NCBI GenBank assembly: GCA_918797485.1
Contig: CAKKNE010000005.1
Span: 2,728,001 to 2,792,000 of the forward strand
Source: Pelagomonas calceolata
Lineage: Eukaryota
Direction of reading: 5' to 3'
DNA length: 64,000 bases
In this document: positions 29,691 through 40,780 of the stretch, piece after piece
Numbering within the stretch: position 1 is the first letter of the stretch
How the letters are laid out: every line of letters starts with the position of its first letter
Made by a program: the position numbers and the translations under genes
The notes under the pieces: model-generated
Seen by the model: the letters and a program-made list of their open reading frames with translations, nothing else
The model's database searches: none
Told to the model about the DNA's origin: nothing

Positions 29691-32285
29691 CTACCCGTCC
29701 AGCAACTCCTCAAGCTTCGCCGTGTCCTCCGGCGCAGGCGCGGGCGCGGGCGCCGTCTTCGCCTTCTTCCGCCGCGGCGCGCCCGGTGATCGCGACGACG
29801 ACCGATCCGTCCGCGCGTAATATATGCGCCGGCTATCGTTAAAAATGAATTTGACCGGGTCTGTACTACCATTTTTCTTGAGCTCGGCGCCGAAGTTTTT
29901 CACGCATTGCACGGCCTCGTCCTCCTTCAACAGTTTCGCGAGGTCTCCTACAATTTTTCGTGGGCAGGGCCCGCATCTATACTTGCGATCAATCCGCGCC
30001 CACTCGTCGGCGACCGAATCAGGCAACCGCATCTCGCCCGACGGCTTGTCGCGCGGCGACCGGCCGAAGGGCCGCGCTTCGGCCGACGACGGCGCGCGCG
30101 GCGACGACCCGCCCTTGATCAATGATCGTTTCGCAATATGTTTTTGAATTGATTCCCTCACCCATGCTTGGATGCTATGCGGCGCGTTGCGTTTCTTTGA
30201 TAAGGCGACATGGAGTAACTCGAGCACCTGGGCGGCCTCCGCCTCGGTCAGGGCATCGCGCATCTGTATTAAATTAGGCCTCCCGATATCGCGCGGCGCA
30301 ACCCCAAAATCCCTCTGCAACGGTATAAAAGCTTTCTGTACGACATCGGGCAGCTGCACTCCTAGACTATCAACGGGCTTCACGCGCCTAGGTGGAAGAG
30401 CTGGTGGTGACCGTTCATCCGCACCACCTTTATCTTGCAACCTATCAGATATAGCATCGTCCAACGCTTCGTCCGCGTCGCGCGACGGCCGCCGATCCAA
30501 CGATGACCGTAACGCGTCGACGACACAAAGAGCCGCATTCCGCGGTAGCAACCATCCTAGATCCCGCAGTGTCCCGGACGCGAACGCGTCCTCATTCAAA
30601 TCAAAATCAAATCGTAGATCATCCAACCGTTTCAGTAAAGCACCCATGGGCTTCGCGTCCCGATCCTTGAGCGCCCGTCCCGCGCACTCGACGAGCCAGT
30701 CGCCGTAGGCCGGTATGCTACCCCTTTTGAGCCGCCGCGCGCAGGACTTGCCGCACTTCTCCGCTAATTTAGCATCCATCTTTTCGACGGCGACGGCGAG
30801 CGTCTGGAAGGTTTTTTGATCAATCCCGCCGTCTCCGACGCTCACGTGGCCCTCGAGTCTCGCAAAAAACGCTTCGTTGGCTTTCGCGCCGCCGGGCTTG
30901 TGCTTCTCGGGACTCCTCGAGCGCGACCTAGAACGTCTTCGTCTTCCCCTACTTCTAGATCGTCTCCGCTCGTTCTGGCTGATGCACCGCCGGATACCAC
31001 CCATCATCCACCCATTCAAATTCTTAATCTTATCTCGAGGAAAGCTCCGTAAATGTTCGCAGATTTCAATTTGGTGCTCCTTCTTCAGGGCGCAGAGCGC
31101 GGCCACGGTATGCCCGTCGAGTTCCCATTGCCCGAGCGTCCCGTTGTCCTTGCACTTCCGCAGGATCTGCCGAGCGCGCTTCGCGACCCTCGGGTCGTCA
31201 TAGACGGGCCGGATGCCATCATCCCTACTTCGTGATCGCGATCTAGAACGGGATCGAGATCGAGACCGGCTCCGCGAGGAAGATCTAGAGCGAGATCTGG
31301 ACCGCCGCCGCGACTTCTTCTTCTTTTTTGGGGAAGAGGCCTTGACTTCGCGCTTCGCGCCATTACTAATACCTTCGAGCAGCCAGGCCTGGAGACCAGG
31401 GCCCAGGCCCCACAAGACTCGTGGATCTTGCCCACGCACGTACTGGGCATACGCCAGAGCGGCATCATCAGTCAACAAACCTAACTGTTTCTCCAAATTA
31501 GCATCTAACACATCTTGCCTCCCGATGCCGCCCATGACTTGCACGAGCATACCTTTCGCATTGTCGACACCTGACAAAGGTGCCGGTGCTGGAGTGGAAG
31601 CAATAGGCATCAGCTCGATGATCTTCTTTTTCAGCCACGGGGAGGGTGTCCTTACTGTACTATACGCAGCCTGGAACTGCTGCAACGCGTCGATGGCTTT
31701 CGGCGACGGGAGGTTGAGTAGATCTAATGAGACTTTCGGGAGCACCTCATCGAACAAAATGACTTTCTTGGCCTCGTTGAATTTATTTATTGTTTGTTGT
31801 AAGTCGTCGGGTATGGTCTGCTGTCTTACGTTCTCGTAATCCCTCACATTCGTCCGCAGGACGTCCAGGACGACTGGGCTTGCGGGAACGCCGGGCGCTC
31901 TTCTTAACGCTACGGCGGTCTCTTCACCAACCAATGAAGCGACTTTCACCGGTAATCTTATCAGTAATTTCCGCGCTTCTTCCAAGGATGCCGCGTCCAG
32001 ATCGACATGCGGCCCCAACGTGCCGAAAAACGCGTCGATCGGAGCGTTCGCGTCCTTGGCGTCATCATCATCAGAACCAGACGCGAAGGGGTCGTTATTC
32101 GACAGCTCTTTCACCAAAGTAGTGAGGGATTTGATGACCCGTCCATCGCCTTTCCGGTAGGTCCACCTATCACCTTTTTTGTCGCAGGCCCAGCCGTGCT
32201 TCTCGAGGATGGCTCGTTTCGCGTCCGGCGTCGTGGCTTGCTCTAGTTCCGCGGCGCAGGCGGGGTCGGGCGGGTAGCTCGACAT
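29691..32285 (-). CDS. RS-rich protein with repeated small helical modules (hnRNP Q/R N-terminal-like)
   Basis: 864-aa ORF with RSRS tracts and repeated modules ending like IKNLNGWMMGGIRR and PHSIQAWVRESI. Domain call is tentative. Confidence 0.6.
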   Translation of the reverse strand: MSSYPPDPACAAELEQATTPDAKRAILEKHGWACDKKGDRWTYRKGDGRVIKSLTTLVKELSNNDPFASGSDDDDAKDANAPIDAFFGTLGPHVDLDAASLEEARKLLIRLPVKVASLVGEETAVALRRAPGVPASPVVLDVLRTNVRDYENVRQQTIPDDLQQTINKFNEAKKVILFDEVLPKVSLDLLNLPSPKAIDALQQFQAAYSTVRTPSPWLKKKIIELMPIASTPAPAPLSGVDNAKGMLVQVMGGIGRQDVLDANLEKQLGLLTDDAALAYAQYVRGQDPRVLWGLGPGLQAWLLEGISNGAKREVKASSPKKKKKSRRRSRSRSRSSSRSRSRSRSRSRSRSRSRDDGIRPVYDDPRVAKRARQILRKCKDNGTLGQWELDGHTVAALCALKKEHQIEICEHLRSFPRDKIKNLNGWMMGGIRRCISQNERRRSRSRGRRRRSRSRSRSPEKHKPGGAKANEAFFARLEGHVSVGDGGIDQKTFQTLAVAVEKMDAKLAEKCGKSCARRLKRGSIPAYGDWLVECAGRALKDRDAKPMGALLKRLDDLRFDFDLNEDAFASGTLRDLGWLLPRNAALCVVDALRSSLDRRPSRDADEALDDAISDRLQDKGGADERSPPALPPRRVKPVDSLGVQLPDVVQKAFIPLQRDFGVAPRDIGRPNLIQMRDALTEAEAAQVLELLHVALSKKRNAPHSIQAWVRESIQKHIAKRSLIKGGSSPRAPSSAEARPFGRSPRDKPSGEMRLPDSVADEWARIDRKYRCGPCPRKIVGDLAKLLKEDEAVQCVKNFGAELKKNGSTDPVKFIFNDSRRIYYARTDRSSSRSPGAPRRKKAKTAPAPAPAPEDTAKLEELLDG

Positions 32286-32558
32286 GATTGTTTGGCGCGC
32301 GTCGACGGCGTTTACGCTCAGCCTCCTGGAACGCTGCTTTGCGTCCCGGCAGTACTTTGCGCGCGTCGACGGCGTCGCGTCGCGCTGCCCTGCCCTGCTC
32401 TTCAGGGGAGCTGCTCTGGGGCAATTTTATGTCGCGGCTGCCGCAGCCGCTCGCTAAGCGGCTGTGACAGGTCAGCTATGTCGCACGCGACGTCTGCCTC
32501 GCTTGCGCGTATCAATGCCCCCGCACAGCCAGCACGGCGGCGAGTGCAATCGAGTTTG

Positions 32559-32580
32559 CTAGTGTCTTACAGGCCGCTAG
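32559..32580 (+). promoter_or_regulatory. 22-bp CTAG element (exact)
   Basis: Exact consensus between divergent genes. Confidence 0.7.
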
Positions 32581-32732
32581 GTCCGGCCGGTATTTTGACT
32601 CTGGGCTGTTTTTAGCCCTCCAGAGATAGCTTACGTAAGCTACAGACAGCCGCGGCGGTGCCTATTCATCGCTGCTCCAGCCACGGCGCAAAAAAACCGC
32701 TTCGCGACAAGCCTAGCAGACCCTAAGCGCCA

Positions 32733-35700
32733 ATGCGAATTACACTCCTCATTGCTGGCGCCGCGATTGCTGGCGCCGCAGCGGCCGCTCCAAAATCAGA
32801 CCCGCTATCAGCCTGGCTCTACAACCTGGAATTTCCCCTGCCCGACGCGCACGGAGTAGTCGACGGCGTCGACGTGTCATTGACGCAAGCGACCTGTACT
32901 CATGCACAAATAAAATCACTGGAAGCGACCGGTTATCAAACAACGATCAGCATCAATACAAAAGACGCGGCCCTCGACTGCGCGTTTTCGTGGGCCTACC
33001 AAACACAACATCTGAAAGGCAACGGCCGCGCGTCGGCGTCGCTGTTAGTGAAGAAGGCGGCGGCCTCCATTATTCTCAATGCGTCTCAGGAAACGAGACC
33101 GCGCCCCATATCATCATCGCTGCGGAACTGCTCCGCCGCCGCGAAGGTCACGGCTCTGAAGGTGAAAGGCGGGCTCACCGGAGCACTCTTGGAATTGCTG
33201 GCGCCCTGGATCGAGCGCAAATTATCTGGGGAAGTGGGACCCGCGCTCTGTGGCACCTTGAAGCCGCTCGTCGACGCGAATCTGACTCGCTTGATCCGAA
33301 CGACGACCGCCCTCGCGAGCACGTGCGCCATGAAAGCGCGGCGCCGCAATGAACGCGACTTACAACAAGCCGGCGCCGCGTCCCGATCGGATCTCCTGGA
33401 TTGGCGGACGCCCCGCGTGACGGCTCTTACCAAGATCGCGGGGCGGCTCGGCAACTGCGCGGCACGGCAAGGTGTGAATATGAACCTGAACGTCTCCAAA
33501 ACCTTCCGGACGCCCCTGGGCGATATCAAGGTAGGCGTGACGTATCTGAACGTCCGAGGCGTCTCCGAATTGTCGATAGCACCGGCGCGCAACAATTCGT
33601 TCGTAGCGAGGGCAACGGGCGACGTCGCCATCAAATCAACGATAAACCTGGAGGTGACGTCGCCGCTGAGCCCATCTTCATTAACAGAGACCTTCGCGGC
33701 GTCGGTCTCCGCGCGAAAGGCTTCAATCGACGGCGCGCTCCGCGTGGCACTCGCCCCGACGAAGAGCCAGCCTTTTGGCGCGTTGGTCCGGACGCCTTTA
33801 CAATGCCTCGCCCGGAGCCTCGATACGGTCTCCATCACAGACATAGATATAGCCGCGGCGGCCTACGCGCGGGCCGAGCTCGCGCCGCAAGGAACGCCGT
33901 CGCCACTCGCGGCAGGCGTCGACGCTACACTAAACGTGCTCTTCGATCTGATCGTGAGAAGCTTCCCCGGCTTCATAGATGACGCGATCGCGTGTTCAAT
34001 GGACGCGGCACGAGAAAATGCGAACGACGATGTACAGAGACGCATCGCAACGGCGCGGCGCGCGCCCTGCGCGCCACCATCTACCAAAGGTACGGTAGAC
34101 TGGGCCGCCTCACCTTTGTTGGATGCTCTGGACGGCCTTTCGGTGGAGACGGCGAATTTCGGACTGCAGTGTCTCGTCGAGGGCCGCACGACAGCTATAG
34201 GGGAAGCGGCCGTCACCGTCAATGGCGTGGACACTCTGTCAAAGCTCGACCTGAGCGGACGCGGTTCCGAGATCGACGCGGCGCTCGGCATTGATGGCCC
34301 TGCGTCCGTTGTTGTAAAGGTGGACGGCAAAAACGCGTCCTTGCATATCAGCGATTTATCCATTGATGCCTCGGTGACCGTGCCGCTTGTTTCGACGATT
34401 GAGGACGCCACGTTGGATGACGGCGGTTGTGCCTTCATCACCAGCCTTGGCCCGCCGGCCGTGGACACGCTGTCAATTCAAGCGCAGTCGTCCTTGGCTG
34501 TAAACGGTTTCGACGGTCAGACGAATGAAGCGCTGTCGAATGTGGGAAGCGCCTTGGCCTACGAGGTCGGCGACGTCTGGAATGACAATGGTCGTGTAGC
34601 ATTGAATGCGCGCTGGGCGGCGCAGCTCGACGCGGCGTCGAAGCGGTGTTCTGGCGACAAGCACAAGAAACAGAGCAAGGCGCCCTGGGCCCTGGTCATT
34701 TGTGTTGTGCTTGTGGCCGTCGTCGCCATCGTGTTCATCGGTCTGAAAGTCGACGACGCCCTGGCCCCAAATGAACTCGAGGCCCCGTTGCTCCCTGAAC
34801 AACCTTCTATAGAGGAGGACCTCGAGCTCCTCACCTCACCACAATCTCTAGCGACGAACGCACCTCCTTACATGAAAATACTCCTACCCATGGGCTTAGT
34901 ACTGACCACAGCCCTCTTCATCTGGTCCCACGTCGCCTACGCCGCAACGGTCAAGCTCGAGGTACGCCTATTACCACATGCCGGCCTGGCGGGCGGCGCG
35001 GAAGTGCTCCACCTGGGCGACCTCTTCAGATTTTCCCTCACGAGTAGTGTCAAGGACATGTGGCAGGCCCACGTCTACGTGTTGGCTGTGTTGGTGGCTT
35101 TGTGTTCGGGCGTCTGGCCCTATACCAAAATAATACTGTTGGGGGTTTGTTGGTTCTACACCCCACCCAAGCGTGGCCAAATACTAGAGTGGATTGATGT
35201 ATTAGGTAAGTGGGCGCTAGTCGACACCTTCGTCATGACGCTGATGTTGGTGGCTTTTCATTTCGATGTTACTGTTGGGGATACGACTGGTGACATAAAA
35301 GCAGCGTCACTGGTCGACGCGGTGACCGTGCGCGTCTTCGTCGAAGCCCTACCGTCGTTCTTCGTCTATGTTTTAGCCTCGTGTCTGTCGTTGGTGCTTG
35401 GGCATGTGACAGTCGCCCGGCACCGGTCGTTTGACGTGGTAGACGATGCGCCGTTGGCACTATGTTCGATGAGGTACATTTTAGGTTTCGCGGCGATGCT
35501 TGTTTTGGTGATAGTGGGCTGCTGCCTGGCGTCCTTCGACTTCCACATTCAGGGGCTGGCCGGATTAGTTTTGGGCGACAAGGCGAAGCGAAGGTATTCT
35601 TTGATCTCTCTAGGTGAGGCAATCCCCGGCAGCAGCAAGGATGCAAGAGGGGCTGTGAGTCTAGAGGTCGTCTACTTCTTCTTCGGCTTCGCGCTGCCAT

Positions 35701-36143
35701 TAGTACAGCTGGTATTATTAGCGGTGCTTTGGGTGGTACCGCTCTCATTAAAGCTGCAGCAACGACTGTACGTGGCCTGCGAGGTGAGCACGTCGTGGGC
35801 CGCGCTCGACGTCTTCGCCGTTGGCGTCGTGGCCGCTTTGTTAGAGATCTCAAAGTTCGCGCAGTTCATGGTCGGCCACCGCTGCGACGCTCTGAATAGA
35901 TTCCTGGGCAAGCACCTCGACCGCGCGCTCGGCGGCGACGACAAGTGCTTCGACGTGTCCACGGAGCTCACGCGCGGCGCCTGGGTGCTCTTGCCGGCCG
36001 CTTTTGTGAGTGGCGTCGTCGGGGTCGTGCTCCTGCGCAAGGCGAAGGCGAAGCTCGACGAGCGCGTCGAGCGCGCGCGGGCGAAGGACGACGAGGCGTC
36101 TTCTGCTTCCTCGAGCGATGGGGAGGACTCGCTGAGCTTGTGA
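32733..36143 (+). CDS. Signal peptide, large luminal region and two PqiA-like membrane domains
   Basis: FSLTSSVKDMW..SGVWPYTK..LGKWALVDTFV and YSLISLG..SWAALDVFAVGV resemble PqiA repeats. Confidence 0.75.
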   Translation: MRITLLIAGAAIAGAAAAAPKSDPLSAWLYNLEFPLPDAHGVVDGVDVSLTQATCTHAQIKSLEATGYQTTISINTKDAALDCAFSWAYQTQHLKGNGRASASLLVKKAAASIILNASQETRPRPISSSLRNCSAAAKVTALKVKGGLTGALLELLAPWIERKLSGEVGPALCGTLKPLVDANLTRLIRTTTALASTCAMKARRRNERDLQQAGAASRSDLLDWRTPRVTALTKIAGRLGNCAARQGVNMNLNVSKTFRTPLGDIKVGVTYLNVRGVSELSIAPARNNSFVARATGDVAIKSTINLEVTSPLSPSSLTETFAASVSARKASIDGALRVALAPTKSQPFGALVRTPLQCLARSLDTVSITDIDIAAAAYARAELAPQGTPSPLAAGVDATLNVLFDLIVRSFPGFIDDAIACSMDAARENANDDVQRRIATARRAPCAPPSTKGTVDWAASPLLDALDGLSVETANFGLQCLVEGRTTAIGEAAVTVNGVDTLSKLDLSGRGSEIDAALGIDGPASVVVKVDGKNASLHISDLSIDASVTVPLVSTIEDATLDDGGCAFITSLGPPAVDTLSIQAQSSLAVNGFDGQTNEALSNVGSALAYEVGDVWNDNGRVALNARWAAQLDAASKRCSGDKHKKQSKAPWALVICVVLVAVVAIVFIGLKVDDALAPNELEAPLLPEQPSIEEDLELLTSPQSLATNAPPYMKILLPMGLVLTTALFIWSHVAYAATVKLEVRLLPHAGLAGGAEVLHLGDLFRFSLTSSVKDMWQAHVYVLAVLVALCSGVWPYTKIILLGVCWFYTPPKRGQILEWIDVLGKWALVDTFVMTLMLVAFHFDVTVGDTTGDIKAASLVDAVTVRVFVEALPSFFVYVLASCLSLVLGHVTVARHRSFDVVDDAPLALCSMRYILGFAAMLVLVIVGCCLASFDFHIQGLAGLVLGDKAKRRYSLISLGEAIPGSSKDARGAVSLEVVYFFFGFALPLVQLVLLAVLWVVPLSLKLQQRLYVACEVSTSWAALDVFAVGVVAALLEISKFAQFMVGHRCDALNRFLGKHLDRALGGDDKCFDVSTELTRGAWVLLPAAFVSGVVGVVLLRKAKAKLDERVERARAKDDEASSASSSDGEDSLSL

Positions 36144-36209
36144 TGTGTAAGATTTTTACTTGTGTCCTAGGGACTTGCGAGCGTCTTGAGTTCTCGTTCG
36201 CGCTCGGCG

Positions 36210-37712
36210 CTAGAGCTCGGCGCGTAACGCGGAGAAGGGGCTTAGCGGAGGCGGCTGTTCGGCCTCCTCGGGTTCGGGCTCTGCGCGCCCGTACCACCAG
36301 CTTTTCTTCGCGGGCGGCGGCGGCGGCTCGTCGACGGCGGTCTCTTGAGGGCTCTCCTCGACGAGGGTCTCCTCCTCGGCTTCCGGGGCGACGGCGGTAG
36401 CCTCTTCTTCCTTGGAGGGCGTGGCATCCTCCGGTGGCGACTCTGCCGGAGAATTCGGTTGGGAGTCAACACTACTCGATTCCTTCTTTTTCCGGCAGCA
36501 GAAGCAGCAGCAGCAGAGGCAGCTGCAAAGGAGGCGGCGGGCGGCGGCGGCGTAAGTTTCGTCCTTCTTCTTCCGACAGCAGACGCATGCGCCGAAGCCA
36601 GCGAGAAGGACAAGCACGATGATGATGAGTGTTGGTGAGGATATGTAACATTGCCCTCCCACGCGAATGAGACACGGACGGGCCCATGGTTCGCATATGC
36701 CAATCACGTCATTGTGAGAGACGCCGCACGAGGTCGACTCGCACTTTGTTTCATCAAAGGCACCGTTTAATTTCACGTCATCGCCCAAGCACCAGCCGAG
36801 GTCCTGGTCGAACGCCGAGGCGCCTTCGAACATCCGGTCCATGTCCGTAACACTGTCGACCGCCCAATCGCCCATGTCCTGGTTGAAGGCCCTGGCACAG
36901 TCGAATATTCTGGCCATATCCGTGACGCTGTCGACCGCCCAACCACTGATATCCTGGTTGAACGACTCGGCCACACGGAACATCCGATTCATGCTCCTGA
37001 CGCCAGAGGTATCCCACGCGCCTATGTCGTCGTTGAAGTAATACCTATAGAGGAACAAAGACGACATGTCCGTCACCCCCCCGGTCTTCCACGTCGAGAT
37101 GTGGCCGTACGTCGCCTCGGCGGCCGTAGAGTTCGATACCCACGCCGCGACGGCATTGCGGATGCCGGTATTGCTCATCACACCGCCGCACCTTAGCTCT
37201 GCCGAGGAATAGACGCCGCACGACGTCGACGCGCACCAGGTGCCAGAGAATGCGTCTTGGATGGTGTATCCCCACCCGTAGGGGTCAAAAACGCCGTCGT
37301 CCACGCACCAGCCGAGGTCCTGGTCGAAGGCCGAAGCGCCGGCGAACATCCAGCGCATGTCCGTGACGCTGTGAACCGCCCAACCACTGATGTCCTGGTT
37401 AAAGGCCGAGGCGTGGTAGAACATATCGTACATCGTCGTGACGCCAGAGGTGTCCCACGCGCCGATGTCCTCGTTGAAGGACGCCGCGGCAGTGTTGCAA
37501 GAACTCAATCCTGAATACGCACAAAACAAGTACGACATGTCAGTCACCCCCCCGGTCTCCCACGTCGAGATGTGGCCGTACGTCGCCTCGGCAGCCGTCG
37601 CGTCCGAGAGCCACGCAGCGACTGCAGTTTTTATGTTGCTGTTGGTCATGACATAGCCGCCCGATTCCACGGCAGCGATGCAGGAGAGCAGGCACCAAAG
37701 CTTGGGGCCCAT
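36210..37712 (-). CDS. DUF285/BspA-like surface repeat protein, type I membrane
   Basis: Repeats FNxDIGxWDTSGVTxMxxMF, two duplicated modules, [17 protein letters not shown], Cys-rich tail. Confidence 0.88.
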   Translation of the reverse strand: MGPKLWCLLSCIAAVESGGYVMTNSNIKTAVAAWLSDATAAEATYGHISTWETGGVTDMSYLFCAYSGLSSCNTAAASFNEDIGAWDTSGVTTMYDMFYHASAFNQDISGWAVHSVTDMRWMFAGASAFDQDLGWCVDDGVFDPYGWGYTIQDAFSGTWCASTSCGVYSSAELRCGGVMSNTGIRNAVAAWVSNSTAAEATYGHISTWKTGGVTDMSSLFLYRYYFNDDIGAWDTSGVRSMNRMFRVAESFNQDISGWAVDSVTDMARIFDCARAFNQDMGDWAVDSVTDMDRMFEGASAFDQDLGWCLGDDVKLNGAFDETKCESTSCGVSHNDVIGICEPWARPCLIRVGGQCYISSPTLIIIVLVLLAGFGACVCCRKKKDETYAAAARRLLCSCLCCCCFCCRKKKESSSVDSQPNSPAESPPEDATPSKEEEATAVAPEAEEETLVEESPQETAVDEPPPPPAKKSWWYGRAEPEPEEAEQPPPLSPFSALRAEL

Positions 37713-37840
37713 GATCATCTCGTTGAGCTGCCGGGCTGCACGTGTGGAAAGCGGGGCTCTTCGGTATGGAATTAGGCAGTATTTTTTGGCTGTAGCGCAG
37801 GTGATGCTGTAGGCAGCCGCGAGTCGGCCCGCGAGCGCAG

Positions 37841-37862
37841 CTAGCGGCTTGTAAGACACTAG
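37841..37862 (-). promoter_or_regulatory. 22-bp CTAG element (1 mismatch)
   Basis: Reverse complement is CTAGTGTCTTACAAGCCGCTAG; between divergent genes. Confidence 0.7.
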
Positions 37863-37963
37863 CATTCCCCACTATAGTACATAATATTAATTTTTTTTTG
37901 CTCGCAAAAGAGGCTGCCCCCGCGCCCAGCAATGCTGCCCTTGGACGCCTTCGACGCGTAACG

Positions 37964-39253
37964 ATGCGCAACGGCCTCCTGCTTACGGCTGCCGCAGCCG
38001 CCGCCATCAATAATGGCTGTGACGACCGCCTGCGACCAGGTTGTGGCAGGGTTGCGATCGCCCTCGTGGGCGGCTTCAGCGACATCACGCGCGGCGGCCA
38101 CCACGCGAAATTCAGCAGCGCAAGCGCGATCAACGCGTCGCACCCGCTCACGCGGGCCTGGGTCCGGGTGACGAGCAAGTCGCTGCGGAAACATGTCAGA
38201 GAGCCGCTCGCCGAGGCCTACGCGAGCGCCGCCGACGTCTTCGTGTATTCCTGGGACCGGCCGCTGGAGTCCGATTTCGCCGAGCGCTACGAACCGGTGG
38301 CCGCGGAGTACGCGGACAATGCCCCAGTCCTCGCGCAACTGCCACAGCTGAAGGGAACGCTACCAAAAGAGTGTGACTCGACTTTGGTATCGAGGCGCTT
38401 GACGAGGCCGGAGAAGCGCGTGAAACCCCGCCCGAAGAAGAGGACGATGCCAAAAGCGCAGGAGGCGTGCCACCCGCGAGGCATGCACTACTCCCGGAGC
38501 GACGCGACGCGGGCCCACGCCGTCGGCCACATGCACGCCGCGTCGGCGTCGTGGGCCTACGCCGTGCGCGAGGCGCATCGCCTGATCACGGAGCACGAGG
38601 CGCGCCGCGGCGGCCTCGAATACGAGGCGGTCTACTTCGGCCGCCCGGACATCTACATGCACAAGAGCCTGGCCGCGGCGCGCGTCCCGGAGGGCGCCGT
38701 GCTCATGCCGTCGCCGGGCTTCGGCGACAACTTCTTCCTGATGGCGCGGGACAACGCCCGTAGATTTAGCGAGATGTACCACGTCGCGGAGACGTCTTAC
38801 GGGTGCGAGATTGGTTGCGTCACGTCCGCGGACCGCTGCGCCTTCAAGGTCGGGAAGCGCCCGTGCGATGCTGCCACGCGGGCGAAGGAGGACGTCTCCG
38901 TCGATGGACAGCTCTGGAAGTCCGTGTTCGTGCAGCGTCGCATGAACGCCACGCTCGTCGCGGCCCTCCGGCAACCGCTCGACGTGGCGCCCTATCGCTT
39001 TTTTTATGATATGTGCAAACGGTTTCGGCCCCTTGGGGACGATCCGCGGATAGATCCCGGCGTCGCGACGACGCGAAGCGCCCTCTATCACGTCGGCATC
39101 ACGCCCGGAGTCCTCGATATTTTATTGAGAGAGGAGTGGCTCGGCGGCCGGAGACCGTGCACGTGGCTCTGCAACGCGTATCCGGCGGCCATGGACGAGG
39201 GGAGCTGCCGCGGCAAATCATCCGCTGAGGAGACCAATCCTCTTCTGTTCTAG
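37964..39253 (+). CDS. Secreted putative glycosyltransferase-like protein
   Basis: Signal peptide; RVAIALVG, DVFVYSW, YEAVYFGRPD pattern. Confidence 0.55.
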   Translation: MRNGLLLTAAAAAAINNGCDDRLRPGCGRVAIALVGGFSDITRGGHHAKFSSASAINASHPLTRAWVRVTSKSLRKHVREPLAEAYASAADVFVYSWDRPLESDFAERYEPVAAEYADNAPVLAQLPQLKGTLPKECDSTLVSRRLTRPEKRVKPRPKKRTMPKAQEACHPRGMHYSRSDATRAHAVGHMHAASASWAYAVREAHRLITEHEARRGGLEYEAVYFGRPDIYMHKSLAAARVPEGAVLMPSPGFGDNFFLMARDNARRFSEMYHVAETSYGCEIGCVTSADRCAFKVGKRPCDAATRAKEDVSVDGQLWKSVFVQRRMNATLVAALRQPLDVAPYRFFYDMCKRFRPLGDDPRIDPGVATTRSALYHVGITPGVLDILLREEWLGGRRPCTWLCNAYPAAMDEGSCRGKSSAEETNPLLF

Positions 39254-39274
39254 CTTGTTTAAATTTAATCTTGA

Positions 39275-40780
39275 CTAATAGCGGCGCCAAGTCTGGCGCG
39301 GCGGCGGCCGGTAGCGCGGCAACTCCACAATCTCCGAGGGCCCCGAGAGCGGCTCGGGCGCCGGCGCCCGGAGGTACGCGAGCAGCCGCGGCGGCAGATG
39401 CTTCCGGTAGAAGCGGTCCTCGCCGTCGAGCAGTTCAATGGTCGCCGCGAGGTGGTCGCGCAACACGCTCCGGAAGGCCGCGGCGTCCGCGTCCGTCACG
39501 GGAAAGCGCGCGGTCCGGAAGTCGGGCTGCGGCGCGATCGCTAAAGCTTCCAACGCGTCGATCGTCGAGTCCTTGAAGTCCTCGAGCTCGCGCCGCGGCA
39601 TGCCGCCGCGCTCCGTCGCGTATTCACCCTTGCGGTCGCCGCTCCGCAGGAAGTGCCGCGCGTGGCGCGGGTTTAGAGTTACGACGGATTCATAAGCCGT
39701 CAGGTTCAGTTCTTCACTCCCAACCGTCAAAGTCGCGTGCGCGACGCCGCCGCTCATGAGGAACACGTCGCCCGGTCGCAAGAGTACAATTCTCGACGCC
39801 TGCCGTAACGCATCCAACTGATCCTGCTTGAGGGGCGGCGTGAACACCGAATCGAGCATCGTGTCGTGCAGCTTTGTGGATATTTGTCCAGGAGCCCAGG
39901 TCGCCAATAACTTGTACCCCGTGTAGTTGTGCCCGACGTTGCTCCAGAGCACTTGGTCGACGTGCAACCCTTTGCCCGCGCCGCGCCCCCCGACAAACAC
40001 CCCATCGTCCTGCGTGTCCCAGGACAGCGTCCACCTTGCCAAATCCCCAAGTGCATCAGCTACTTGTTTCTTCCGCAGGGTTTTCGTCTTCCGCGCACCG
40101 AGCAATGCACAGGGGTGTGGCACGGGGAAGGGCGGCGGCTGCTTGATGGATTTGATGCGGCGGAGTTCGCACACGTACAAATCGGCTTCCTTGGCGTCTC
40201 CTGCCTCAAGTTTGGCCTCGACGGCTCGTAATCGCGGCGCTAAACACCGCGGGTCCTCGTCGTCTTGGACGAAGCCCTGCACGGGGGACCTCGAGCGCGA
40301 TCGCGATCTAGATCTAGATCTACTACGAGATCGCGACGTCGTCACCTGCGCGCGGTCGCCCACAGAACGCGACCGCGACCGCGACCGCGACCGCCGCGGG
40401 ACCTTGGCCTCCTTCTGGATGCCCGAGGACGTCGTGAACTCCACGTTGGCCTTGAGTAGTTTGGATTCGGGATGCTCGACGGCCCTCCTCAGAAATTTCA
40501 AAACGGAAGCACCACTCGGATCCTTCGCGTGCTCGAGGCAGTCAGAGACCCATTCCGGTAAACAGTCCTCCCTTGCTATACCCAGGGCCTGCTCCCCGTT
40601 CCGGAACACGACGACGTCTTCCAAGTGATCAGCTAATAAAACCTGCGCCGCGAAGGCCGTCGGCGTGAAGACTTCCAGAGGCTGCCTCTCATTGGAGGTG
40701 ATGAGGTCCAGGGGCCACGTGTCCTCGAGCATGGCGCGCTCTTGGTCCGTCAGGACGAGGGGGTAGCGCGAGGCCGCCAT
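39275..40780 (-). CDS. JmjC-domain protein with RS tract
   Basis: GLHVD (HxD), LLRPGDVFLMSGGVAHAT (distal His). Confidence 0.75.
   Translation of the reverse strand: MAASRYPLVLTDQERAMLEDTWPLDLITSNERQPLEVFTPTAFAAQVLLADHLEDVVVFRNGEQALGIAREDCLPEWVSDCLEHAKDPSGASVLKFLRRAVEHPESKLLKANVEFTTSSGIQKEAKVPRRSRSRSRSRSVGDRAQVTTSRSRSRSRSRSRSRSRSPVQGFVQDDEDPRCLAPRLRAVEAKLEAGDAKEADLYVCELRRIKSIKQPPPFPVPHPCALLGARKTKTLRKKQVADALGDLARWTLSWDTQDDGVFVGGRGAGKGLHVDQVLWSNVGHNYTGYKLLATWAPGQISTKLHDTMLDSVFTPPLKQDQLDALRQASRIVLLRPGDVFLMSGGVAHATLTVGSEELNLTAYESVVTLNPRHARHFLRSGDRKGEYATERGGMPRRELEDFKDSTIDALEALAIAPQPDFRTARFPVTDADAAAFRSVLRDHLAATIELLDGEDRFYRKHLPPRLLAYLRAPAPEPLSGPSEIVELPRYRPPPRQTWRRY

Noticed and set aside
31225..31315. 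CGAGAT/CTAGAT-type short repeats (also 40290-40390)
   Set aside because: They simply encode RS dipeptide tracts.
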